A stretch of DNA of 64,000 nucleotides from Octopus sinensis. Lineage: Eukaryota. The position numbers and the translations under genes are program-made. The notes under the pieces were generated by a model, which saw nothing but the letters and a program-made list of their open reading frames with translations, searched no databases and had not been told where the DNA came from. The DNA is taken from NCBI RefSeq assembly GCF_006345805.1, contig NC_043000.1, positions 100,564,001-100,628,000 on the forward strand, in the 5' to 3' direction. Shown here piece by piece: positions 12,001 through 23,439 of the stretch. Numbering within the stretch: position 1 is the first letter of the stretch; each line of letters starts with the position of its first letter.

Positions 12001-12790
12001 TGAAATGGAAGCATAGTTGGAGCACCTATGTTTAAATTTACTCTCTACAAAATTCACATAGTGTTTACATGCCTAGTATGGATATTTGGCTTTACCAGGG
12101 GCGACTAAAAAGAATATTTGAATTTGCTTCTTACTCATAGATTTTATTAACCTAGCTAGTTTGCCTGTTATTACAATTTTCATACAGAAGATACAGATGT
12201 TACTGAATTTAAGATTGTTTCTTTTAATATTATTTCTGTATCTGCAGTTGACAGGAACCTTTTTATATATTAACTTGAAAAGTGTTTAGCAACGTTAGAA
12301 TTTATGATTTAGAAGGAAGGCGAGAATAAAATAATATTGTGGTTTATTTTATCACGGTCGGATGGAATGGGGTTGCAGCGCTGAAGATTTCTTCATTCAA
12401 CCCCAATAATAGATATTAATGTGTAATGAGTTCTACCCGTTTCGTGTTTTAAACCCATAATGTAAAACCGAAGACTGCACGAAAAAATGAAAATTAATAC
12501 ATGTCGCCTTGTATTGAGGCAACAATTTTATTGTTAAATGATTATGCAGTACATCTGGATATGAAACTTCGAGTTGCGATTTATTATCATTAACAAATCT
12601 TACAATTAAATATATATTAAGAAAAACTCATACATTATAAGTAGCAAGATTAAGAAGTTAACCTTCCAGCAAAGTATTAACAGTTGCACAACCATTAGTT
12701 GGATTTAATTATAATAAACGACTTCAATGTTACTTTATATCAGCAAAATGTTGTCAGATTGTATCCCTCTATCTCGGAACCGCTGCTTAC

Positions 12791-12923
12791 CTGCGCTCTA
12801 AATTTTGTAACTTCATATAATAATTATAGACGACGATGATATAGGCATCATTATGCTGGCCGGAAAAAGTGTATTCTTCGACAAAGATTCTGCTTGGTTG
12901 AAAAATATCAAATCCCCATAGCT
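12791..12923 (-). CDS. Candidate internal coding exon (133 nt) of an unidentified host gene
   Basis: Branch-like CACTGAC then AG acceptor, open frame LWGFDIFQPSRIFVEEYTFSGQHNDAYIIVVYNYYMKLQNLER, and a strong CAG|GTAAG donor. Polypyrimidine tract is weak and no homology was recognised. Confidence 0.35.
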
Positions 12924-13049
12924 CTATTCAACGTCAGTGTGGAGTAATTTGACAATGGTGAGATATACATCACACACATATGAAGGGGGAAAAGTTGATC
13001 CTCCTGTATTTTCTTCTACCCAAAGTCAGGAACTTTACACCCCCACCCC

Positions 13050-13087
<38 letters not shown>

Positions 13088-13189
13088 TTTGTGTGTATCT
13101 TTTATCTTTTACAGTTATTAGACTGTAGCCATGCTAGAGTACTTAATCTATTGATCTCTTTCGTCAAATCGCTAATTTGTGAGGATATA

Positions 13190-13289
13190 AACACACCGAC
13201 ACCGGCTGTCAAGTGATGGTGGGGGGCAAACAAAGACACAAAGGCACACATACATACATACATACATACATAATACACACATACATACG

Positions 13290-13334
<45 letters not shown>

Positions 13335-13500
13335 ATACATATACAACGGGCTTCTTTCAGTTTCCTTCTACCAGATTTATTCACAAGGCTTTGGTTGGTC
13401 CAAAGCTTTAGTAGAAGACACTTGTCCAAACGTGCCGCCCAAATGGACCTAACTCGGAACCACATGGTTGGAAAGCAAGCTTCTTACTACACAACCACGC
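13190..13500 (-). mobile_element. tRNA-derived SINE (major family), diverged
   Basis: Reverse complement of the SINE head and body, with an internal microsatellite. Confidence 0.8.
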
Positions 13501-13616
13501 CTGCGTCGATATCTATAAAATCAGGAGGTTTAGGAATTGAATATATATATTCATTTAACCACGTGTAGTAGTCCATGTATTTACGGTCGCTTTTCAACTT
13601 TCTTTATATAGTATCG

Positions 13617-13937
13617 TGAGGGCGCGTGGCTTAGTGGTTAGGGCATTCGGCTCATGATCGTAAGGTTGTGAGTTCGATTCCCGGCGACGCGTTGTGTCCT
13701 TGAGCAAGACACTTTATTTCACGTTGCTCCAGTCCACTCAGCTGGCAAAAATGAGTTGTACTTGTATTTCAAAGGGTCAGCCTTGTCACTCTCTGTGTCA
13801 CGCTGACTATCCCCGAGAACTACGTTAAGGGTACACGTGTCTGTGGAATGCTCAGCCATTTGCACGTTAATTTCACGAGCAAGCTGTTCCGTTGATCGTA
13901 TCAGCTGGGACCCTCGTCGTCGTAACCGGCGGAGTCT
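13617..13937 (+). mobile_element. tRNA-derived SINE, second family
   Basis: A-box (tggcttagtgg), B-box (gagttcgattcc) and central gtgtccttgagcaagacactt. Body shared with 57010-57520 and head shared with 48925-49160. Confidence 0.85.
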
Positions 13938-15076
13938 TTAAGATATAGTATTAATTTCAGTATGCAAGAAATTATACGCACGTTTTCGTATAAATTTGTA
14001 TGCTCAGAATTTTACAATACAATTCTATATACACAAATTAATGCAAACAAACATAGCTTTCGTAATTTTCATTTAAATCTGGTGCCATGCACTGCGTCTT
14101 GGTGTAACACAAGATACACACATATGCACACACGCATATACACGATACACTAAATCTGGGATTCTCTAGAAATTATACGATAACGTACAAAGTTGCTTAT
14201 TAATTAGTTATTGGAATTAAGTATCATTTACCAAAAGAATGCAATTATCAAAGTCTCTATTGTCTAGAAAATTCTTAAACATACCGAATTTAATAAGTTC
14301 TTTTTTTATCAAAATTTGATTTTCAAGCTTGTTTTCTTCGAAACGATTAATTTTAATTCATTTGGAGATAGAGCTTTTAAAATTTTACGCTGCGAGACAG
14401 CCCTTCTTAACGTCCTATTCTTTTCTCTCTCTTTCTTTCCATTTCTTGTTTGCTTATATATTTCCGATGGTTAATTACTTTGCTAAAAGGTCTACTGTTT
14501 GTGTTATTGTGGTTCGTTTCCTCTCTCTGAAGATGCGTGTTTATATAGATTGTTCATACTAAAATCTATGTCGACGGAAATATTTTGTTATGCAATACAT
14601 GAATTGAAAACAACAGTAAGTTTTTTTCAATATGATATTTTCTACTGCATCCTCTTACATTTTATATGGTGCACTAAAAAAATATTTTGAACAGCAGAGA
14701 TACATTTCATCAATTTTTTAAAAATAAAAACGTTTTTTTTAATAACAAGCTGATTCGGGATAGAGAATTTACAATTTCAGCAGTTTCGTTTTCCATAAGT
14801 GTGTTTCGTTTGTATTTGAATAGAATAAATATTTTCTCTGCATTTCGAAGTATTCGCTTGTTTTACTTTCTCATAATCTAAGATTGTTATTTCAGTTCAA
14901 ATTTATCAAAAATAAAGTGTTATTACAAATGCCTTTATACATTTCAAATGCAATCGAATACGTTATTATATGAAACAAGATATATTAATACACATACTCT
15001 TTAAATGTAAATGAAATATATTTATACAAAACAATATATATTCATATAATTCATAGACAATTATTGTGCAAAAAGC

Positions 15077-15240
15077 ATAGGCGTGGCTGTGTGGTGAGGA
15101 GCTTGCTTCCCAACCACATGGTACCAGGTTCAGTATCGCTGCATGATCTCTTGGGCAAGTGTCTTCTACTATAGCCTCGAGCCGACTAAAGCCTTGTGAG
15201 TGGATTTGGTAGACGAGAGCTGAAAGAAGCCCATGGGTGT
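15077..15240 (+). mobile_element. SINE head fragment (major family)
   Basis: aggcgtggctgtgtggtgagg...tggatttggtagacg. Confidence 0.8.
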
Positions 15241-15248
15241 GTGTGTGA

Positions 15249-15307
<59 letters not shown>

Positions 15308-15313
<6 letters not shown>

Positions 15314-16065
15314 GCGTAAGGTGTTTGAGGACATAGATTTTTGGGGTCATTGCTGCATTTTTTGCTAACTGTATAATCTTTGTTTCAGAAAATAATAATG
15401 ACAGACCCTCAGCTTACTCAAGAAATAAAGAGGTATGCTGTTATTGTGATTATAAAGACTGAGCATAGCGATTTAGAAATATCTTGATTTTTAAAAGTTG
15501 CCAGATCTTTCTCCTACAAAGTTTGTAAGGAGCTTAAGACTGAAGATGGAAACGTATCACCAGTATCAAAGCATAAAGACCATTCTAAAAGCTCTGAAAT
15601 CAGCAGAATACCTGAATTTATCCAGCAAGTTCAACGCACCATTGATTACAATCCCTGAATGTCATTTGCAAAAGATCTCCATGTGTCAGAAGGATGAGTC
15701 AGAAATGTTATCCACGAAGATATCAGATGTAAGTCTTATATGATATCAGGAAAAGCAAAAGAAAATCACTACATCAGATCTAAAAGGCTCTTAAACAAAC
15801 TGAAAAATCCAGCAAAAGAAAATTTGATTTGGTTTTTCCCAAGCGAAAATAACTTCGACCAAATCAAAAAGTTAAAAAAGAAATGACAGATGGTTATGTG
15901 CAGACTCTTGTAAAGTTCTATGTTTTATGCATACCAAATTTCCTGCAACTGTCAGGGTTTTAGGAGTTACCAATAAGGAAGGACATGTGATGCCTCCTTA
16001 CTTCTTTAGACAAGGCCTTAGAGTTAACTCTGCCGCCTACATTAGGGTCTTCGAGTTGTGATTTT
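15308..16065 (+). mobile_element. Tc1/mariner (maT/DD37D-like) transposase relic, apparently cut off by the adjacent RTE-X LINE
   Basis: Broken frames give MTDPQLTQEIKRYAVIV..., VRNVIHEDIRCKSY, RSKRLLNKLK and MHTKFPATV..GHVMPPYFFRQGLRVNSAAY. Multiple stops. Confidence 0.75.
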
Positions 16066-16069
16066 GATG

Positions 16070-17060
16070 ATATCATCCTGGAGTTCTGTAATCAAGCACT
16101 GGAAAAATGAGTTGCCCTGAATTAGTGGAGGATCAGTAACTTGTTCCAGTGCCAAAGAAGGGAGATCACTCTAACACCAACAACTACTGATGTCACTCCT
16201 GATGATTCTTAACAGGATCCAGCCGAGATGGAGAAGAAGCTCAGGAACAACCAGAACAGCTTCAGAGAGGGAGGATCACCACCAATCACATCCTAATGCT
16301 AAGGAAGATATTACGAGCTAGAGCAAAGAGTCTTTCTGCTGTCGTGGTTTTGATTTACTTTAGGAAGACCTTTGATTTCGTGGACCGTCACCGTCTGATG
16401 AAGATCTTACAGGCTTATGGAATCCCCAAGAAGATACTGGACCCGATATCACTGCTCTATACCAACACTAGAGATCAAGTCATTACACCTGACGGGATGA
16501 CGGAGTTCTCTGAAATACTGTCTGGAGTGCTTCAGAGAGATACATTGGCTCCCTACCTTTTCATCATCGTGGTGGACTATTGTATGCGCATTGCGGTGGA
16601 GAAATACCAGGAGCCTGGGTTTACAGTCGCGGCGGTTCAGAGCAGGAGGATCAAGACTAAAAAGATATCAAATGCTGAATTTGCTGACGGCATAGTTCTG
16701 GTGACAAACACAGTGGGGGAGACAGAGGAGTTGGTGCAGAAGGTGGAGACTGTGTCAGTGAGTATGTGGCTGAAAATTAATGAAATCTAGACGAAATATC
16801 TGGTAGAGAACATTAAGAAGCCATGTATTAGAATGTAGACGGGAAGTCGCTAGAGTTAGTTTAGGACTTTCTGTATCTGGGGAAAAGATTTGGAACACAG
16901 AGGGTGATATAGTTGAGAGAAAGAGCAAAACCTGCATAGAAGTCAGACCTTCGTAAAGACCTGAAGATCCGTCTCTTCGTTGTTGCAGTGGAGTCTGTGC
17001 TGTTATACGGGTCTGTGACTTGGACACTGACCAAGAAACTCAGATAGTGGATGGATGCTA
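16070..17060 (+). mobile_element. RTE-X-type LINE reverse transcriptase relic (pseudogenised)
   Basis: EKKLRNNQNSFR, IYFRKTFDFVDRHRLMKILQAYGIP, GVLQRDTLAPYLFIIVVDY and EFADGIVL (degenerate YADD). ORF 16296-16790. Confidence 0.88.
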
Positions 17061-18812
17061 CTCGAGAATGCTATATATATAAAAAAAAACATGGAACTGG
17101 AAATAGCACCGAAGTAAGACTGAGACATTTCAATATAACAGGGAATTTAATAAAAGTGATTATAAAAAGTTATTTAAAGAAAATATTACCGGTTTTGATG
17201 AATCTCATCTTATCAAATACCAATATAAATTTATAAAAATTTGAAGTAAAAACAGTTTATCTCTTTGGGGGTCAAGAATATGTTCAACATGTACCCCCAG
17301 ACCGAACTCCAGAACGGAGATTTTCTGGCCGTGTTTGCATTTTAGGAGATTTCTGCTGGCGTTTTGGGAACCGCATAATATCGAAAATAACACCACAACT
17401 GGAAGTTGATTGCTGATGGGAGAGAGATATAACCCTTTATTGTTTACTTCACAGCTGAAGGATGGTGACACGGCCGGAAGCCGGTAGCCAGCAGCAAAAG
17501 AAGTTAATCCCCTTCATTATATCCGTATCGTTTCTCCATTCCATATTTTAAAGAGGTCATAGGTCAACAGGTCTTAACATCTGAAGATACGCCATAAAGG
17601 TATCTTTTGTGGCCTGAAACCCAGGGTAACCCTATAAACCGGCCTTCACCAGTAATACTGGGGTTAAACAACAGTAGCATTCGTCCCAACTGGGACCGCC
17701 ACGTTATGCTGGCAAATAGTCTTTACTTTAAAGTACTGCCATTGGATTCTCTCGTTGAGAGATTTAGAAATAATATTTCTATTCATTAGATCAGTAAGTG
17801 TGTGTCACTTTAAAAATTATATATATTTTAGAACGGGAATTTAGCAGCTCCACCTTAGCTGAGCAGTTATTCTGTGCCGAAGAAGGGAAAAACCACGAAA
17901 ACAGTTCTCAACATGAGATAAAGAACTACTAGCGAGTTGATTTGCATTTTTATTGCATATAAACCTTATTGCTGCTTGGGCATTAAATAATACAAAAATA
18001 TACAATAATAATCTATACAATATTTAGTACATACATCATTAATTAGTATTTAATTCTATTGAAATTTGAAGATCAATATATAATTGCATATTCCTTATTA
18101 CGCAATATTTTATCATAATTACATTCTTTTATTTACAATTAATGTACACAAAAGATATAGAGGAAATACACAATGTTTTTATTTACATGATTAGTTTCAA
18201 TTCCATTACAAATTTTACAAAGATACCACCGACGGCTATTTTGCTAAATGATTTCATTTCTAGTCACAATAATAAACTATAAGATTTTAAATCTACCCTC
18301 TGTTAAACACTTCATATTTCTCTCTCTTTTTTTCTCTCTATGTCATACTTTTAGCCATGTCATTACCCTCTTCACGTCGTAAACATTTCTCTCTCACTCT
18401 TTATCTCTCATTTCCACTAACCACGCTCTCACATGTTTAGTGGAAGTGGCCCTCTGTTATCTCACTCTCATACTCCTTCTCCCTTTCTATTTCAGTTTAT
18501 CTCTGCAACTCTCACTCTACCTCCCCTTCCCCTAACAAATTAAAGTGTAACGTGTGAACGAGCGAGCAGAATTACAATATAGATTGATAGTTGTTAGAGG
18601 TGCAAAATGCACCTTGATAATGTAGGATAAAACTTTTAATGAAATGATAAGCTCCATCGTTTTAAAACCTTAAAAGGAATAACGCCTTTACTTCATCCTT
18701 GCAAGGCTCCAAAAATTCATTGACAACTAGCGACGATATAACTTAAGTATTTGTGCCTGAAGTTCGAACAAACTTACTTGATATAGACAAGCCATTAGGC
18801 GATGTCATTCCT

Positions 18813-19098
18813 CGTTGTTTGTTCCTTCTCGATCCACGCCTGGCTCATAGGGCCGGTTTCCCGGTTTCCTTGGCGTATAGATTCCCCACCTGGACGGTGA
18901 GCTGCAAGTTGAAGGAGGAAAGAGTGAGAGAAAGTTGTGGCGAAAGATTCAACAGAAGTTCGCCATTACCTTCTGCCGGAGCCGCGTGTGGCATATGTGT
19001 TTCGCTCATAAACACATACATCGCCTGGTCTGAGATTCGAACCCGCGATCACTCGACCGCGAGTCCGCTGCTCTAACCACTAGGCCATGTGCCTCCAC
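18813..19098 (-). mobile_element. tRNA-derived SINE with an intact 13-bp target-site duplication
   Basis: CGATGTCATTCCT at 18800-18812 and 19099-19111. tRNA-like head on the minus strand (tggcctagtggttagagc...gggttcgaatc). Confidence 0.9.
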
Positions 19099-20285
19099 CG
19101 ATGTCATTCCTTGATAACTGTAGAGTTATGTTTAACTTCAGATTGTTTAACTTCAGATTGTAGCAATATTTTTTCTTGTCATTTACAGCCCAACTAATTA
19201 CTCACATACAACCAATAAAGCCAATAGCTTTCTAGAATTTCGCACGTGAATATAGAAGCATTTTACAAAATTATTAATCAACAGCAATGATTCTCTTCTT
19301 CACATTCAGCCTCAGTTAAGAAATGAAGATTCGCTCTTGACATCTGCTGTTATATAGACTTTTGAAAAACTCGTCACTCTTTCATTTTGTGAGATTGACT
19401 TTAAATTTGATCTATATTCATGCTTGACGTTTTAATTTCTGGTGAAGAGGATTTTTATGGTTTTAATGTTAGGTACAGAACAAAAGAAATAATGCATGCA
19501 ATACTTTTATTAACATATTTTTAAAGATAAAGCTATAGATGACTTGACTGCAGTTGACAATGATATTTAATTAATCGAAAGTTTTCAAGACCAGGACATT
19601 ATCAACAGTATGATTAATATCCACAATTGAGATACAGCAATTTGCCCGACGAATATGATGTACACAAACAATACAATTGAAACTGCATCTTGCTCGACAT
19701 ATTAGTCGCACATAGATAAAATTCCTTCTTATTTTTGAGTGGAATTAAAGTTTCTGGATGCAGTAAATTATGTAAAAGCATATGCTTAAAACAGTAATGA
19801 TGCCTACATGACAAAAAATCTGCGACACAAAGTGACATAGAGAAATTCTTGAATTCACTGAAAAGCGTGCATATACTGATCAAACACTCCTTTAAGAGAA
19901 TTGAAAATTGCTTTCTGAATGCGTTTTAATAAAAATTGCTTTTACTTTAAATTGAAATTAGTCTAACTTTAAAGTGTGTTTGATAAATTCTATGCAGAGA
20001 AATTTCTATATAATAAACCCCCTATTATTTAGCACTCAAAGCTGTAAGATTTAGACATATGCTGATTACTGCATTTGGCAAGTGCAAACGTTTTTCTTTC
20101 GAAATGTTTGGTTTTCATGCCAACTTGCTTTGTAGTTGGCAGTTAATTGCGTTGTGTTCGTCATCCTGTATTTCTTTTCCGTATTTATTATAGGTCTTTT
20201 ACCTACGTGATAATTCTTAATTGATAACAACAGTAAATTTACAATAACGGTACCTCAAATCCCTATACATGTGTTTGTCTGTGCT

Positions 20286-20359
<74 letters not shown>

Positions 20360-20364
20360 ATATA

Positions 20365-20540
20365 TATACAATATGTTACATTACTCGGTAGTCAAGATAA
20401 AACTCTGAGTTTCAGATGCCGAAGTGGAAATCTACAACACCATCTCACTACCGAGTAATGTAACATATTGTATAGATAAATTTCCTCTATTTACATAATA
20501 TTGAGGTCTCTTTCTTTCTTTTGTTATCTTACCGTTTTAT

Positions 20541-20543
<3 letters not shown>
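20365..20543. repeat. Small head-to-head pLTR-like insertion between (TA)n tracts, with a 27-bp perfect inverted repeat
   Basis: tatacaatatgttacattactcggtag (20365-20391) / ctaccgagtaatgtaacatattgtata (20448-20474). The minus arm carries an HHR 3' half: AGATG..CATCT-GAAA-CTC-A-GAG-T-T. Confidence 0.6.
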
Positions 20544-20582
<39 letters not shown>

Positions 20583-20699
20583 AATATATATATATATTTT
20601 CAAAATATATATATATTTTTTCAAAATGTGACCTCGTGTGTACCGTTGGGGATTTTTTTTCCCTCTGTCTTCCCTTCTCTGGATCTTTCCTTCTTCTAT

Positions 20700-20734
20700 G
20701 TTTCCGACGAAGAGCTCCGCTCGAAACGTTAAAC
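20700..20734 (+). ncRNA. Minimal PLE-type hammerhead (core CCGACGA, loop-less palindromic stem III) within a pLTR-like end, ~20600-20830
   Basis: GTTT-CCGACGA-A-GAGC-TCC-GCTC-GAAA-CG-T-T-AAAC. Confidence 0.65.
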
Positions 20735-20832
20735 CCTCCTTCTTCCCTTCTTTCCTGAGCGTCCAATAATACTATATTTGTTCCACGTCCTCACGTTGTT
20801 GTGTTTTTTTTTGTGTTTTCTTGTTTGGATTA

Positions 20833-20871
<39 letters not shown>

Positions 20872-20877
<6 letters not shown>

Positions 20878-21436
20878 AAGCAGAAAATGGAGAAAACATT
20901 TGATCAACAATTAATATTCGTCATCATCATAGCACATTCCACCTGGTATATGGAGCTTCATCAGAGTGAATACAAATGCATAAAATAAAATAAATGACGG
21001 GAAGAGGACCTGTTCTTTCCTCTTCCCTTCGTTTATTTTATTTTATGCATTTGTATCCACTGTAATGAAGCTCCATGTACTAGATCGAATGTACTATGAA
21101 GATGACGAATACTATTTTCGGAATTTCCTTCGTAAGCACCGACTAACATTGGTAGCGGAAACGACCGTAAGAAATGTTATTGCATGTTTTGTATTAAAAA
21201 ATAATCAACCGATATGGGTCAATGTGTTTGTTTGTTGATCAAACGTTTTCTCCTTTTTCTGCTTATTTAAATTTATTTGCTGATAAACTTATGTTTATTC
21301 CGTTGTTACCTGTAACCTATGGCCATAGTGTGCTTGCACACCCATGCCTAGGGATAGCATAGGTAAATGATACCGACGGTAAGAATAGATACTATTATCC
21401 CTTAGACGGTTATTACAACCGCTCTCTCTGCTTACA
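20872..21436. mobile_element. Family D head-to-head insertion in (TA)n with a ~95-bp-arm fold-back (~20914-21110)
   Basis: The left arm (minus) and right arm (plus) share ctctgatgaagctcc/ctgtaatgaagctcc and ttgttgatcaa..ttttct..ttttctgctta. Related to 1-265 and ~37760-37945. Confidence 0.6.
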
Positions 21437-21450
21437 TATATATATATATT

Positions 21451-21830
21451 ATTAAGGTGGCTAGTCGCAATTTAAAACCAAAAAGCACAAGTACAATGGT
21501 CACTAAAGTAACTAGGCGTGCAAATCAACACCAACATTGCTAGAAAAAAAGAGTCAAAACAACTCTTAGCCACGGGCAAAGCACTAACTGTTGATTGACA
21601 AGGAAGGCAACCTCCCTACGGCATCGATAATTTTGGATAAAATTAATCCCCATCAGTGACGCTACTCCGTTGCCTAGGGTTAAACTAACTTATATTGTCA
21701 GTTTATAGAAAATACCATAGGAATCAATGACTGATTCAGTAAAATGGTAAAGTGAAAGCTGTAAATTATTAAAGTGGTTAGTCGCAATTTAAAACGAAAG
21801 GGAACAAGTACAAACGTCACTACGGAGTAT
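21451..21830 (+). repeat. Diverged ~58-bp direct repeats (~21451-21510, ~21769-21830)
   Basis: attaaggtggctagtcgcaatttaaaacc..caagtacaa..gtcacta vs attaaagtggttagtcgcaatttaaaacg..caagtacaa..gtcacta. Confidence 0.7.
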
Positions 21831-23439
21831 ACTCAATTTTTCGGCTCACGCTTACCAGATAGAAAAATTGAATGTATTTGATCAGCAAATAGGAAGTGCT
21901 TCCTATTGTATTTTAATATTATCTAAGTAACCTTTTGTCTGTCCAGCTCAATATTGCCATTTAGTGGTAAATTCATAGAAGCGTTATTATTATACAAGTC
22001 ACGCATTTTATTTTATCCTTTATTAAAAAAATTCACGCAATGTTTTTAACTTATTTATTTTTTTAGTCTGCGTGGTTATTCAAATTACAGGCCTGTCTTT
22101 AAGACAGAAAAGTTCTATGTACTATCTCCCAAGATAATATATACCTATTCGACAAATCATAACTTTATATTTTTTATTTTATTTTATATTATTTGAAACC
22201 TTTTACACGTTCTTACATAGATTAATACATTGATATTGCTATACATACACACACACATCGTAGTAAGGAATATACTGAAAGTGATATCTAGGTTTCGGCT
22301 CAGTTGTCTCATTAGATTGTAAGGTATTTTGCTGTTTCCAGGATTCTTATATATTTTTGATTCGTCTTGTGAATGGAGCATAATGCTTTGAAAGTAAAGG
22401 CAGTTTTATAATCTGTTATTATTGTATATAGAGAAACACCTATATAAATAGTTTAAGAGGGTGAACAGAATAAAGAGCTGCGGAGAGAAGGGAAAAGAAG
22501 TAGTAGTATAAAGATAGGAAGAGGAAGATGAAAAGAAGTCTAATGTATAGAGGACTATAATGGAAAGGAATTACAGGGTAAAAAATCATAGTTTATATGA
22601 ACTTTGGTAATTATCGTCTGGTAAATATGTCTCCTATAGTGTTAGCAATTCATGAAAGGTTTTACGTTCTTCGTTGGACACATTCAAGAATACTGCTAAA
22701 CACAATTATGAGGGATTAAATTTTGAAAATTTTTACATAGTACTAATGGAATCTTCCGAAAAAGTTAACCTTTCACACCCATATTTACAAGTCTGGCTAC
22801 TGTTTGACTACGGTTTGTTTTGAAATATTGAGTCGCGTATTTTCAAAGGAGTAAGAGGTGAATTTTCAATTATGAGCTATTGATGCTTAAAAATATTGAA
22901 CAAAATATATACATCCTCGCATACACATGAACATGGACGCTTTCACTTCCAGATACTATTACTCAAATTTTCCTACATATACGTATACAATATGTAGCCA
23001 TTTATTATGCGATCATAATACATACGTAGATAAATATATTTATACAACTATTCATAAACTTATATACTCAAGCACATACATGTATACATACACACACACA
23101 CACTCACACATATATATCTGTATATGTATACATACACACACATGTACATATATGTGTGTGTGTGTTTGCGTGTGGCAAATGAAAGACGGAAGATGGAAGA
23201 AACGAGAATTTATTAATAATCAAGACAATTGTTTCGACACATCTAGCATCGATTCCTCATGAGTGGGACATTCAACAACTGGTTCGGGAGCATCCAGTGG
23301 TGCAGCTGTATCTTGTCGGGTAATAAATAAATACAATTCATTAAAATAACTGTTCCGCAATGTAACTTCCCGATTTGTAGAAAGTAAAACAGCCAGACGG
23401 AGGAAATATCTTCATTTATATAGATCAAAAATAAAATCA

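Noticed and set aside
13617-13690. tRNA gene-like sequences (also ~19020-19097 and ~57010-57080)
   Set aside because: These are SINE heads that continue into SINE bodies, not stand-alone tRNA genes.
17450-17500. CTGAAGGA..GGAAGCCGGTAG, resembling a decayed hammerhead
   Set aside because: Both core halves deviate and stem I does not pair, so it is too degenerate to call.
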